The notes under the pieces are model-generated. The model was not told where the DNA came from and did not search any database. It worked only from the letters and a program-made list of their open reading frames with translations. A DNA stretch of 64,000 nucleotides from Veleropilina oligotropha (lineage: Eukaryota). This document shows, one piece after another, positions 41,390-53,200 of the stretch (position 1 is its first letter; the number at the start of each line of letters is the position of its first letter). Where the stretch lies: NCBI GenBank assembly GCA_048128005.1, contig JBEUKZ010000013.1, forward strand, positions 1 through 64,000, in the 5' to 3' direction. The position numbers and the translations under genes are program-made.

Positions 41390-41451
41390 GCCTAGCTAGC
41401 TAAGTAGATGCTCTACTGAGCTGGGAGGTGCTAAGGCTTGCCAAGTAGCTG

Positions 41452-42081
41452 CTACAGCACACTATAAGCAATGGGCTGATCAGTTTTCAACAGAAGCTTA
41501 GCGTGTCTGGTTTCTGCCAACAGCCGGCGAACAGCAGTCCGTTCATCCTGCGACCCGATTACGTCATTCTCGCGAAGACAGTCCTCGTAGCTGTCTCGGT
41601 CCTTACAGGCAAAGAGAGCGACCCACCTGGTCTGTGATCTTATTGCTTTTATGACCGAGTTGTATTGCTGCGTCACCACCCATACACTCTGTTCGGCATG
41701 CCTTCCGCTAAAGGCCAGCTCAGTCAGCATATCCCTCCTCTTGGCGAGGGCCTTGCTGGTGGCACAATCGTCAATGATATATAAAGTCGATTCCCCCTGG
41801 AACAGTCGGTAGAACCCCCGCAACCAGTCATGAAGTCGCTCGCCGGGTGGGATTACGTACACCTCAGGGTCCGTCCAGATCCATGGACAGGACTGGTATG
41901 CTTTGTTGTACTTGATCGTGGGGCAGAGAATTACGATGTGCCGGAACACGCCTCGATACTCCCCCTCCAGCAGGTCAAGCATGAAAACCGTCTTCCCACA
42001 GCCAGTCTGGCCGCAGATGATTGCGGAGTGGGGGTCCTTGGTGTGCAGAAACTTAGTACCGGACCTCAACGAATCGGCCAT
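41452..42081 (-). CDS. A32-like packaging ATPase (intact)
   Basis: GQTGCGKT, YIIDD, SGRH, VVTQ. Confidence 0.92.
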   Translation of the reverse strand: MADSLRSGTKFLHTKDPHSAIICGQTGCGKTVFMLDLLEGEYRGVFRHIVILCPTIKYNKAYQSCPWIWTDPEVYVIPPGERLHDWLRGFYRLFQGESTLYIIDDCATSKALAKRRDMLTELAFSGRHAEQSVWVVTQQYNSVIKAIRSQTRWVALFACKDRDSYEDCLRENDVIGSQDERTAVRRLLAETRHAKLLLKTDQPIAYSVL

Positions 42082-43357
42082 TCTCGATATTCAGCTGGGC
42101 ATCCATGACCACGTACTCGTATACGTTCAAGGGGCCAGCTGCCTCGCCTGTTTTAGTGATCTGGATTGTGATGCCTTCGCTGGCGTTCTCTATCCTCCGG
42201 CCTGACCCGTGCAGCTGATCGTCGTCGGTTACCCGCAGATCTATCCATAGGGCATAGTTTTTGGTCAAGAACTCCCCTAGGGAGACGTCTGCCAGAGCCA
42301 GATCATTTGCAACAAGCGCCACCTCAGGATGCCTCTTGCTGCTCGGGGAGGAGGCGAACATCTTCTTGGTTTCTTCCCAGATCTGGTATGAGCGCATGCC
42401 CTGGCTGTAGATCTGATTCGGTACGCCCTCGATAGTGACCTCGACCTTGGTGATTTTCGGGTTATAGAAGGCCTCGGTGTTGCGAGCGAATGGTGCGGCG
42501 TCTCTCGCAGCGTCCTCAAACAGCAGTAGGATCCCTTTCATGGATCGTGCGGGCACGTTCAAATTTAAATTCCACAGCGTGTCGCTCTTGTGCCTGGTGA
42601 GCTTACGATGCTGGAGCACACGGTCGTAGAGGATGGCGATGCGGACCGAGTACTGGTTGCGTATCATTCTGGCAAGCTCGGTCTGTGTGACCACATCGTA
42701 TTCAAGGCATATGTTGTCGATGCTGTAGCTTGCAGCCGGGTCATCCGTGTCCTTGATCGTCCTCGAATAATCGTTGAACGTGAGTTCGTACTCCAAACGG
42801 TCCCCAAGCGCACTCTGATAGAACGGCATATGGCTCTCCAACAATTCGAAATCCAGCGGGATGCGGAACCTGGGTCCGTACGCGTCCGCGACGGCCTCAT
42901 TCTCAGGCTCTCTGAAGGCGTTCGCCGCACCAACACGCAGTCCGGTCACATTCCTGGCAGCGCTGGTGTCGATACCCTGATATTGGGCGTTCTTGCGCTC
43001 CCCTGGGGTCTTCCAGAGGTCGCAGTAGCAATGATAAACGTCGGAATCGTCAATAGACATGATCTCGTTCCCACTGATCGTTATCGTGGTCTTCCTGATC
43101 ATGGCGCGGCCAATGTTCTGCACCACGGTTCGGTTCGGGTTAGCCGAGTTCAGCGAAATCGTGAATGCGAGGTGGGCAGTCCCTGGAACGATCACGTCAT
43201 GAGCCCCGAGATTAGGGAACCGAACCAGGAGCTGCTGGTTGGCAGCAATCGTTGATGGGTTGTTGGTTATGGTGACCGACTGGTGTATACCCTTGACCCC
43301 GAGGGGCTCACGCAGTCTGCGGTATGGGTCAAGCGTGCGTCCGTATAGGCTGGCCAT
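42053..43357 (-). CDS. Putative major capsid protein (intact)
   Basis: 434-aa homologue of 9024-10325. Confidence 0.8.
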   Translation of the reverse strand: MASLYGRTLDPYRRLREPLGVKGIHQSVTITNNPSTIAANQQLLVRFPNLGAHDVIVPGTAHLAFTISLNSANPNRTVVQNIGRAMIRKTTITISGNEIMSIDDSDVYHCYCDLWKTPGERKNAQYQGIDTSAARNVTGLRVGAANAFREPENEAVADAYGPRFRIPLDFELLESHMPFYQSALGDRLEYELTFNDYSRTIKDTDDPAASYSIDNICLEYDVVTQTELARMIRNQYSVRIAILYDRVLQHRKLTRHKSDTLWNLNLNVPARSMKGILLLFEDAARDAAPFARNTEAFYNPKITKVEVTIEGVPNQIYSQGMRSYQIWEETKKMFASSPSSKRHPEVALVANDLALADVSLGEFLTKNYALWIDLRVTDDDQLHGSGRRIENASEGITIQITKTGEAAGPLNVYEYVVMDAQLNIENGRFVEVRY

Positions 43358-43400
43358 GTTGTTGTCTGAATTAGATGCGTATCCAAGCGTTTGTATTCAA

Positions 43401-44714
43401 ATGGTGGAATTCGAGAACCCCGCATTCGAGCCTGACGATCTCATCGACAACGATGATACCATCGTCGACGATATTGATGTGGATAGATCCACCGACCGGT
43501 TTATGCCTGTTCTTTCGGAACGGCCACAGGAAGGAACCAGCAGTCAGCGTCAAGAGCTCGTTCAGGGCGTGGTTGACGACTACTACAAAGCCCTGGCACA
43601 GGAGGGGCAGACCCCGGCCACGGGGCGAGATTCTTCAAGATTCAAATACGTAAGGGGAAAATTAGGAAGGGGGGGGGGGAAATTAGTGATGACGGACTAC
43701 CCCGACATCAATCTCATCCATTCTCGCACTGGCAAACCCTTGGCTCTGACAACAATAGCTGGCCGGCCTGGTGGGGGTGATGCCATCAGAGATGGGCTGG
43801 GTTTCGTAGACTGGAAGCGGGGGGAAAAAAAGCTGTCCTCAAAATATGTTGCAGCTCTTCAGACCGCCGACAATGAGTTGAGCGGTGCGGCCGCCAAGGT
43901 TGACAACGTAGAACTGCACGACTTGGGGCGAACAGCTAATGATGCATCAGCAGCAATCCACCGAATGGAGACGACTTTCACAGATGCCGAGGTTGACGAG
44001 ATCTTAGGCACGATGGGGGACCCCCCATTAAATCTTCGTGAGCTGCGCGGGCTTGACAAGGCGATGCAGACAATCCGAGGCGAACTAACCAACAACCTGG
44101 CCAAGCTATCGGCGCTTGACGAACACATAGCCCTGGAGAAGACTAAGCTCGATCAGGCAGATGAAGAGGGCGGCGTGGATGAGTTTGTTCGTCGACGGAT
44201 CGCGGAACGTCTGCGCAACTTAAACGACGAGAGAGCAGCTCGCCTAGAGGCAGCCTCATCAAGCCGGGAAGCCCTTCGCTCTCAAATCAGCCGGATCCGA
44301 GAAATGCTAAGTCGGATCCTCCACGAAAACACGACGCTTGCCGAGCGCATCCGGACCCTGTTCCGCGAGCAAGGGGTAACGATTGTGACCATTCTCACCG
44401 CGATTGGGTTGGCCATCTCGACGTTGGTACTAGCCCTGACAGGCGGAGCGCCGAGCATACCACAACCACCACCACCTTCCAGTGGTCAAGGGATAAAGGA
44501 GTGGGTCAAAAAGCAGCTGAAAACCTTGGGTCGGATTCTGGGAAAACTAGCAGGGAAGGCGGCAGCCGCACTCCCAGGCATGCTTGGAAGCCTGCTTTCC
44601 TGGCTTATCAACCTAGTCGGCAAGACAGCATCGTGACTTGCTGAAAACCTATGGGCACTGATCATATCAGTTGGGGGCTTGCTTCTTATTGCCGCTAGAC
44701 AGTGGGTCAGGTGA
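43401..44714 (+). pseudogene. Coiled-coil/membrane protein, in frame across G11 but with a premature TGA at 44634
   Basis: Homologue of 10362-11679; TGG to TGA removes the last hydrophobic helix. Confidence 0.8.
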
Positions 44715-45987
44715 GCCAAATGAACGCTAGGCCAACGACAATGCCACCCACGATAAGTGCGGTTTTCTCCACGTCGTGTCTTCCAGCGGCCGCTGGTACA
44801 GCTGCCCCCGCCGCGGCCTCAGCGTTCCTGGGGTGCTTCGGAGCATCTGCCCGTAAGACTGCGTCTTGTGGAATAACCAGTCCTTGTTCTCCAGTATCCC
44901 CAGTGGCGTCGGGTGGAACACTGGCTGCGTTGACGGTTGTATTAAGACCTAGTGTCTGGTCTTTCGTGGCCACGACGATATCGTTGTTATACCCAGCCAC
45001 CTGCCCTACTCGCAGGAGCATGTCACTTGGCGCCATGTACAGGCCAACGCCGAATACGAAGTCTACCTTGGACCTGGCATACTGTAGCACCTCTTGGTAC
45101 CGTTTGATTGCTGCTGGGAGGTCAACGGGGGATGAGATGGCATCTTCCACGTTCGCCAGGAACTGTTTCTGTGCGTCAAATGCCGTCCCACTACCCAGAA
45201 TACTTGCCCGAGTCTGAGCCTGCGCTCCGAGAATCGCCCAGACGTAGGTCCTGATGGAGTCATTGAGCCTTTCCACGCCGGCCTGGGTAAACCCCACCGA
45301 CTTGTCCAGAATAAACGAAGCCCATCCGTCTGCAAGCGCAGGCGCTTGCGCGATGTAGTCCACGTGCAGATTCCAGTTGGTCGTACCTTTGGTGAAGGAC
45401 ATTCGGCTGGGATCATACTCACGTCCTATGGGGTGGTAGCCATTGTTCGTCCAGTAGCTGAAAGCGGTGCCGAGCCCTTTATTGGACCCCTCGACTCGCC
45501 AGTCGGTGTGTGAAGACACTCCAAACACGCCGCAGATCTTCTCATACGCCCTGCGGTCATACGGGTTGTCGAATGCATCCCACGTCGTGTCTTGTGGCAG
45601 CGGCGCCTGAATTTCGGACAAGATCCTTCTGACCTGATAGTAGACGTGGAAGGTGAATACGGCTCTGGAGAGGGGGTCGGTCGCATTCAAGTGGTCTTCT
45701 GAGGAGATCCCGGAACCTGTTGTAGCACACCAAATGGCGAAGTTTACCTGGGTCTGCCAAAACCTCATGGGTGTGCTGTGCCAGGCCTGGATTAGCCGGT
45801 CACTCGCGACGTGTGGGAGGCGGTATTTTTGAAAGACGTCGGGGTAGTCTGCCTCGAATGCAGGATGGGGAGACGAGGAGACAATGACGCTTGGTCTGGT
45901 AAGCTGCTCATCATTTATTCGGGCTGGGTACACCACACCGGTCGGATAGGCTGCACTCCTATTAAAAGCAAAGGCGCTCTTAGCCAT
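44707..45987 (-). CDS. Hypothetical protein with a C-terminal membrane anchor (intact)
   Basis: Homologue of 11672-12964. Confidence 0.85.
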   Translation of the reverse strand: MAKSAFAFNRSAAYPTGVVYPARINDEQLTRPSVIVSSSPHPAFEADYPDVFQKYRLPHVASDRLIQAWHSTPMRFWQTQVNFAIWCATTGSGISSEDHLNATDPLSRAVFTFHVYYQVRRILSEIQAPLPQDTTWDAFDNPYDRRAYEKICGVFGVSSHTDWRVEGSNKGLGTAFSYWTNNGYHPIGREYDPSRMSFTKGTTNWNLHVDYIAQAPALADGWASFILDKSVGFTQAGVERLNDSIRTYVWAILGAQAQTRASILGSGTAFDAQKQFLANVEDAISSPVDLPAAIKRYQEVLQYARSKVDFVFGVGLYMAPSDMLLRVGQVAGYNNDIVVATKDQTLGLNTTVNAASVPPDATGDTGEQGLVIPQDAVLRADAPKHPRNAEAAAGAAVPAAAGRHDVEKTALIVGGIVVGLAFIWLT

Positions 45988-45991
45988 AGCT

Positions 45992-46729
45992 ATGTTTCAC
46001 ACCATAACAAACGTTCAAACGGGAACCGCGGTTCCCCTCCTGCAACCGATAGATAATCGGGAAGGCAAGCTATGTGTCGGTTTGCGGTCGCTCGACTACT
46101 GGGTCGGATGGCACAACGTACACGCTGGGGCCTTCTTCCAGACCCCCAATACCACGGTAGAGGTGGCACCAGGGTTCTACAGCTTCGATTCCCTCGCCAA
46201 GACAATGAAGATGTCGCTAGTGAACATACAGCTAGATGTGAGCCATGCTACTGGACTCGCTAGGGTCGTGGTCCCAGAGGGGACTCGACTCGCGATAAGC
46301 GACGATATAAGGAAGCTCCTCGGCTTGAACCTTTCTTCGTTTATCCTCGATAAATCGGGGAACCCCCACCCACCCCTTCGAAGAGTACAGGGCCGACCTC
46401 CTCCGGAGAGATCCGAGTGGCTACGACCTGGGACTTATGACGGGGACAAGCCGGTAAGGTTTACCCTCGCAGGCTCGACCCTATACATTCACCTGGAGCA
46501 GCTCAGTACAACACACAATGTGAAGGACGGCGCCCCGAGCAATATTCTTGAGGTGGTCCCTATAACGTCGCAGATGTACGGTGAAGCCGCACACTATCAT
46601 AGCTATCCAGCCTTTCGGCGACTACAGGCCGGGCTACTCACGGAATTGTAGGTTTATATCACAGATTCCGACGGTCACCCGATCGACAATCACGGTATGC
46701 CTATTTCCGTAGTCCTCGAGATACAATGA
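45992..46729 (+). pseudogene. Putative minor capsid protein, premature TAG at 46649
   Basis: Homologue of 12972-13712; the frame continues to TGA at 46727-46729. Confidence 0.72.
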
Positions 46730-47067
46730 GCAGCATCTACGGGACCCTGCTCGCAGATGAGCCTTCAGCCCAGTGGCACTCTGTTCTTAGTTGTGGGGAA
46801 GCGCCCAAGAAGGGGCTGGCGAAGAGGGAGTTCATGATTCCAAACACTGGAGGTCGGTTTGGGTTGAACCCAGCCCTTCTAATGATCCACACGACCCCGG
46901 TCCAGCCGGCCGGGGGCCCCAAGGCATGTTCCATAAGTAAACTCGGCCTGGATTCGGATAAGTTAACCCTCGCCTTTGTCATCAAGGCCCCATGGGTGAA
47001 CATCCTGTATTTGAACGTTACTGTAGACGTGTTAAACGAACAGGCGGAACAGTACAGCCACGTATGA
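46726..47067 (+). CDS. Hypothetical protein (113 aa)
   Basis: Homologue of 13709-14062. Confidence 0.8.
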   Translation: MSSIYGTLLADEPSAQWHSVLSCGEAPKKGLAKREFMIPNTGGRFGLNPALLMIHTTPVQPAGGPKACSISKLGLDSDKLTLAFVIKAPWVNILYLNVTVDVLNEQAEQYSHV

Positions 47068-47705
47068 TGGACAACAAACCCTCAGCCCCAACGCTGTACC
47101 CACAACTTCTTGGTGGCGATGTGCCTTCGGAACTGCCGGAGGCACAGTCTTTCCGACTACAGAAGGTGAATGAGCTCCAGGTACAGCTGGAACGAGAGAG
47201 GGACACACGAGCTGCCCTGTACAAAAAGTACCGCCGAGGAGTGAATGTCATTGATGGAATTGATTCGGGCCTTGTCGTCGCCACCCTAGGTATGGGTAGC
47301 GCCGGCATTGGTCTACTGTCCACAATCGTTGCCGCACCTGTGGTTCTAGTGCTGGAATTAGCGGCGTTGGGGTGTGGGCTCGCGAGCATGGGTGGAAAAT
47401 ACATTAGCCGACGCCTCCAGGTTAAGGCTAAGAAGCACGACGAGATTCGAGTACTGGCCGAAAGCAAATTGAACACCATTACTGACCACATCTCAAAGGC
47501 ATTGGCAGATGGGGAGATGTCTGACGATGAATTCCAACTGGTCACGGGGGAGATGGAAAAATATCGGACAATGAAGGGCACCCTGCGTCTCAAGAGTACA
47601 AAGGCGCACACCGTGGTTTCACAGTCCCAAAGCGAGCTAATTGAGCGTGGTCGTAAAGAGGGATGCGCCGAGCTACTGAAAAAATTCGGAGTCAGTGGCG
47701 AGTAA
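47064..47705 (+). CDS. Membrane protein with PSAP/LYPxL motifs
   Basis: Homologue of 14059-14694. Confidence 0.85.
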   Translation: MMDNKPSAPTLYPQLLGGDVPSELPEAQSFRLQKVNELQVQLERERDTRAALYKKYRRGVNVIDGIDSGLVVATLGMGSAGIGLLSTIVAAPVVLVLELAALGCGLASMGGKYISRRLQVKAKKHDEIRVLAESKLNTITDHISKALADGEMSDDEFQLVTGEMEKYRTMKGTLRLKSTKAHTVVSQSQSELIERGRKEGCAELLKKFGVSGE

Positions 47706-47785
47706 CCATTCAGGTCGATCGTAGCCACGACTACCCCCCTCCCCCGTATTAAAGCTTGAACTCAGACAGTGATATCTGGACAACC

Positions 47786-48211
47786 ATGAAATCCATGCTA
47801 CTTCTGTGCATTGCCGCGGTGTGCTGGCTAGCAGGTGCCACCACCCCAGAGGGCACGTCGTCACGCAACACCGCATTAATTCTCGAACACACATGGGCTA
47901 GGTATCGCAACCACCCCAGGTATAATCCCCGATTTGATCCCCTGCGGAGAAACTTGCTACTACGCCTGGGAGACCCCCCTGATGTCTCCCCACCGTCGTG
48001 TCACTACTATGTTATCGGGGAGAATGACTGTGGCCCCGCCACACCCCCAGATACTGTCACATGTGTCCAGTGTTCGGCCCCCTCCCTATGTCCTGGCAAA
48101 AATGGGGAGTATTACACCATGCTGTCTGGCTGCTTCGGTGCGTGGAGAAAAATCGGACACCAGCCGTTGTGTAACTGCACTTTAATATCGGGCAACTTCA
48201 TATTCATTTAA
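47786..48211 (+). CDS. Secreted cysteine-rich (cystine-knot-like) protein
   Basis: Homologue of 14777-15205 with all Cys kept. Confidence 0.75.
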   Translation: MKSMLLLCIAAVCWLAGATTPEGTSSRNTALILEHTWARYRNHPRYNPRFDPLRRNLLLRLGDPPDVSPPSCHYYVIGENDCGPATPPDTVTCVQCSAPSLCPGKNGEYYTMLSGCFGAWRKIGHQPLCNCTLISGNFIFI

Positions 48212-48813
48212 CAGCTGGGGATTCCTAACATATTTTTTCAGGCTTCCCAGCGTATATTAATACCCGCTTTATGAATGAATGCAGTCGTTAAAATCAGGAC
48301 AAGCTATATCCGTGTACTATAGAAATACGTCGCCAGCGTGTATCAATGGATATTGTTTGCGTTGAATGCCTCAATGGGTATTGTTTGCATTGAATGCCTG
48401 GTCGCGATCAATGCCCATTGATACCCTAACATCCAGGTTGCGTCTAGTCTTAGTCGAATCGCATTTTGTTTGACAGAAATTTCATGCTGTCGATGCGTAC
48501 CTCGCCGAGGTTGGCCCAGATAAAATATTTTTGTCACCAAACTTCCGGTTAGCACAGAAAAAAAGTTTTGGTCACCTTGTTTACGTGGTGACAGTTTTAA
48601 CGCCGAGTCATTGTCACGTGGCAATAAAGATTCTCGAGAACGGGAGCACTAGGCCAGCTCTATGAATAGACCAGGATGCAAAATTAAACAATACCATTGA
48701 CAGCGCGGCCCACATAGACTATTCTAAGCTACCCTAGTTCAGGACGGCAAACAAAAAACCTCCGCCCTAGCCCTAGGGGGTATATATTACGAGCCCCTCA
48801 GTTCTGAACAGGT

Positions 48814-48949
48814 GCTGGGAGCCTTATTTTTCCAGTCTAAAAAGTCCAATCACCCCCCTGCTGCTGAGTTGAGGTCCATATTGATTCTGAACGGGTGCTG
48901 GGAGCCTTATTTTCCCATTCTAAAAGGTATGCTCACCCCCCCTGCTGCT
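48814..48949 (-). repeat. Right TIR of element B
   Basis: Inverted copy of 33735-33870, followed by TACAC. Confidence 0.93.
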
Positions 48950-49206
48950 TACACACATAATATTTCGATGAATAAACAAAATAAATTTACTAATTCTTAT
49001 ATTTGCGTAGCTACTTGATTAACGTCTGCAAACAAAAAATTGAATGATATCATTGAAAATGAACAGCCTTCTTCCTTGTCATAAAATTCACCTACCAAGC
49101 AACTTTCATATTTAAAGATACTTTGTGTTATATTTCTTGAGTTATAGTGCAGAAACAAAGATTTATTATAATACTTTATTACACTTTGTAAACATTTTGG
49201 CACATG

Positions 49207-49350
49207 AAACTTTAACCTGGGACCTTAATGAGAAGATTGGGCAAACAAAACTTTAACCTGGGACCTTAATGTGAAGATTGGACAACCAAAACTTTAACCT
49301 GGGACCTTAATGAGAAGACTGGGCAAACAAAACTTTAACCTGGGACCTTA
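49207..49350. repeat. Tandem repeat of about 39-40 bp (AAACTTTAACCTGGGACCTTAATGAGAAGATTGGGCAAAC), about 3.5 units
   Basis: Direct units; related motifs at 50140-50230 and 32720-33440. Confidence 0.85.
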
Positions 49351-49382
49351 AATGATTTGTGAACCAAAACTTGTAAAATAGG

Positions 49383-49758
49383 CGAAATTTTACTATACGG
49401 CATATATTCCTATCGTATTATTTGTTGTGTTAGTCTTTCACAAGTGTCCGTGTTTGTTGTAAGCTGACCTGGCGAAATCAATCAGCTCAAGCATAGTCAT
49501 ATTTTCAGGTCAGGGGTCGAATTTGACGTCACAATAGACAGGCCACTCGGAATGTTTTCAATTCGATGGCAACATCATTGTCCGCATATTGGTTACTCAA
49601 CAGGAACAACAGCATTAGGACTCGTGGGTCTAGTGTGTCGTCACCTAATAACTTATTATAAGTGTTCGGGAAATTGCGGGGTGACTTGCTAAGGATCTTT
49701 TGTATCCATGTTCTGATAATCTAAATCATGGCGCTACTAATAATAGAATAAATAAATA
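49383..49758. repeat. Dispersed repeat, copy 1
   Basis: Similar to 54628-54950 (shared TATTATTTGTTGTGTTAGT, GTCAGGGGTCGAA, AATCATGGCGCTACTAATAA). Confidence 0.8.
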
Positions 49759-50293
49759 TACGATACCATTATTATCAGCCAGAATATATTATGTGTTCAC
49801 AACTCCTTTAACATTAAGATTGAGCAAATTAAACATTAACATGGGACGTTCACTGACCATGGGATACAGTTTACTCTTGATCGGCATAATATCATGATCA
49901 AAGAACCTGTTGGATATTCCAAACAGGGAAGCTATATACTAGTATAAAGCCTCACAAACTGTCACCTTAAGTCTCACTGCTTACTGTGCCTGTAGTATAC
50001 ACTACAAGCCTAGAGCAAGGTTGACAAAGAGACAAGAGGTCGAAATTCAATAAAGTTATATTTCCTTTTAAAATAATAATTAAATAAAATATGAAAATCA
50101 CAATAACATTAAAATTTCTTTAAAAGTCAAAAGTGTCATGTCCTTAACCTTAAGATTGGGCAAATGAACATGCAACCTGGAACCTTAACCTGAAGATTGG
50201 GCAAAATAAACTTTAACCTGGGACCTCAATGGTGGGACGCACAGACGGAAGGACGGAAAAGGTGATCACTATAGGCCTCCCTGCGGGGCCCTA

Positions 50294-53200
50294 ACAAGAA
50301 CAGAGGTGGAGTAGCTATCTACATAAATGAAAATATTAAATACAAGGAGAGGGTCGACTTAGGTATTTTTCATGAAGGGGAAATCGAAATGATATTCATA
50401 GAAATAGAGAGGAAAAATAAAAAAAATATAATTGTGGGGGAGATTTATAGAGTGCCGGGTACAGATGAAAAGAAATTTATAGCTGAATATCAAAGCTTAC
50501 TTAATAATATAAAACCAGAAAACAAAGATGTAATATTTGGTAGTGACCAAAATCTTGACTTCCTCAAGAATACTGAACAATTTCTTCAAATTACATTAAA
50601 TTTTGGTCTATTACCACTCATAACTCGTCCAACTAGAATAACTCACCATAGTGCCACCCTCATAGATAATATATACATAACAAATAATCTGGCTAAAAAC
50701 TTCAAATCTGCTATACTGACAACTCATATTTATGACCATTTGCCGTGTATAGCATTAATAAATACCTTAGAAAAAAGAAATAAAGATCCACTGACTATTA
50801 AATGAAGACGCATAACAGATGAAAAAATTAGCCGCCTCAACGCATATATAGAAAATACCGATTGGACTGTGCTTGACACCTTAAATGCAAATGACATTTA
50901 TGACAAATATAACGAAATAATTAAAAGAGCTCTTGATACTATTGCACCTGAAAAAATAATCACTATCTCGCCAACAAATATAATAAACGACCCATTCATG
51001 ACGAAAGGTTTATTGACAAGTGCCAAGAAATGTGATAGACTGTACAGTAGTTCCATAGGAAGAGACTCAAATGACACTGTTCGCCAAAAGTATGTAAAGT
51101 ACAGAAATATCTATAATAAGTTGAAACGTAAGGCCAAAAATAATTATTATACAGAGCGATTACATAATTTTAAAAATGATGCTAAAAAGTTATGGCGTAC
51201 ATAAATAACATTATTGGTAAGCACACTAACAAATCGGGCCTCCCAGTATATCTATCAATTGATGGTATAAACAAGAACCACGGTCCGATATGTCTCGCCT
51301 TTTAAATATATATATCAATGTATCAGAAAATTCCATTCAATGAAAAACTTTAACCGAAAAAACTTTAACCGAAAATGACACGACGCCGACGCCGCCGGAA
51401 AATGCAATCCCTAAGTCTCGCTTTCCCTTCGGGGCGAGACAAAAACTGTATCAAACATGATGAAAACATACAAAATTATCTTGAGACGTTTGCTCATCAT
51501 GATCTTTATTCATGACATCTAAATAAGAATCCATGTCCACACTAAAATATGCTAATAAAGTAAAAATGTGTCCGGTTCCTGCTGGATGCTATATATATAT
51601 ATGAAGTTTCTATTTCATCGGGTGATGTATTCATCGGGTTGATGTATTCAACCTCTTGACTGTTTCCTCCTTGGTGTGAAGTTCCTCTTAGAGATTCTTA
51701 AGTCTTTATTTGTCCCATGTAGCTTCTTTCAGTTGGTTAATAATTCCCAGTAGAGTGTTTAGTTTACTGAAAGTCGGTTACAATTCATAACTAGAGTCCC
51801 CTTGTTATCTATCTTCTCTTTTCAATGGTAGTCCGCACCTGCAGAATTTAGTGATTACCAGCTAACAAGTGGCTCTCAACCTAATTATGGACATTTGTCT
51901 TAAATGTTGCTGGACGTTGTACATTTGGCAGTGGATGTTTTTCTCTGAAATTTGAACGCTTTTAAAACTGAAAGAGTTTTACAATGATAGAGCGGACAGG
52001 TCAACTAGACTTAGAGCCATGCTCTGTCACATAAAGTGCCTTTAGCAATCCATATAAGCTCAATGAAAAACTTTAACCAAAATGTATAATGTCCAAAAAC
52101 ACCAATTTCATGCATTATTTATATAAAATTCCATTCAATAACAGTTCCAGAGTATCAGGTGTTGTCCATAAAACCATTACCAATGCATATGTATGCATAA
52201 AAGTGCCTTTAGCAACCCATACACATGCAATGAAAAACTTTAACCCAAAATGACACGACGCTGACGACGACGACGCCGGAAAATGCAATCCCTAAGTCTT
52301 GCTTTCCCTTCAGGCTGTCAGGGCGAGACAAAAAGTACAATCCAATGGACATTTGTAATGAATTTTGTAAATATTTTTCCACAATACATGCAATAGGCAA
52401 GAAATTGTCAATCAAAATACCAACAATAACTACTTGTTACACTGATTACATGACAGACAAAATACAGCAGAATATATTTTTGGTCCCAACCGATATTCAC
52501 GAAGTATCTAAAACTATACAGTGTCTCAAAAACAAATCAAGCAGCGGTCACGATAATGTCAGCAATATAAAACAACGATAAACATTTAATAAATAATTGT
52601 AGACCTATATCATTATTGACTGCTGTATCAAAGGTCTTGGAAAAAATAATTTATAAAAGATTATATGGATATTTATCATCTAATAATATATTATATGAAA
52701 GTCAATATGGATTTAGAAAAAAATCACAATACTACTGACGCCATAGCGGAACTTGTAAGTAACATTATTAACGGCTTTGAGAAAAAAAAGCATACATTAG
52801 CATTATTTTTAGATCTTTCCAAGGCTTTTGATACAATTGACCACAAGATACTATTAGATAAACTGAACCACTATGGTATAAGGGGTATTCCATACAACTG
52901 GTTCAAAAGTTATTTATCAGATAGAATGCAATGCGTTAAGTTTAAATCTGATGATGTTAATACAAACAATGTAACGAGTTATAACAAAGTTGAATATGGA
53001 GTACCACAAGGTTCGGTCCTAGGACCATTATTATTTTTATTATATAACAACGATTTATATAAAATACTATCCTTTTTTTAAATTATTAATTTTGCAGATG
53101 AAACAACTGCATACGCTAGTGACACATCTATAGTAAATGTTTATGACATGGTAAATCAAGACCTAAACATATTAGCAGATTGGTTTAAATGTAACAAACT

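Larger units (their letters stand above)
33735..48949 (+). mobile_element. Endogenous Polinton/adintovirus-like DNA virus, copy B (~15.2 kb, degenerate)
   Basis: 136-bp TIRs AGCAGCAG...CTGCTGCT; TACAC duplicated at 33730-33734 and 48950-48954; gene order collinear with copy A. Confidence 0.93.
32419..50293. mobile_element. Non-autonomous HINE/DINE-like (Helentron-associated) element interrupting the LINE and hosting virus copy B
   Basis: Begins AACAAG + palindrome GTGATGG..CCATCAC + GGGCCCCGC; ends with GACGGAAG microsatellite and GCGGGGCCC; internal CTTTAACC...CCTTAA repeats on both sides of copy B. Confidence 0.55.

Noticed and set aside
37137..44636. APOBEC-like hypermutation (three TGG to stop changes in copy B)
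   Set aside because: Too few events, on both strands, and Trp codons are the commonest route to stops; it cannot be supported without a full substitution spectrum.
33735..48949. Assembly duplication of copy A
   Set aside because: Substantial sequence divergence, different TIR lengths, different TSDs and different flanks.
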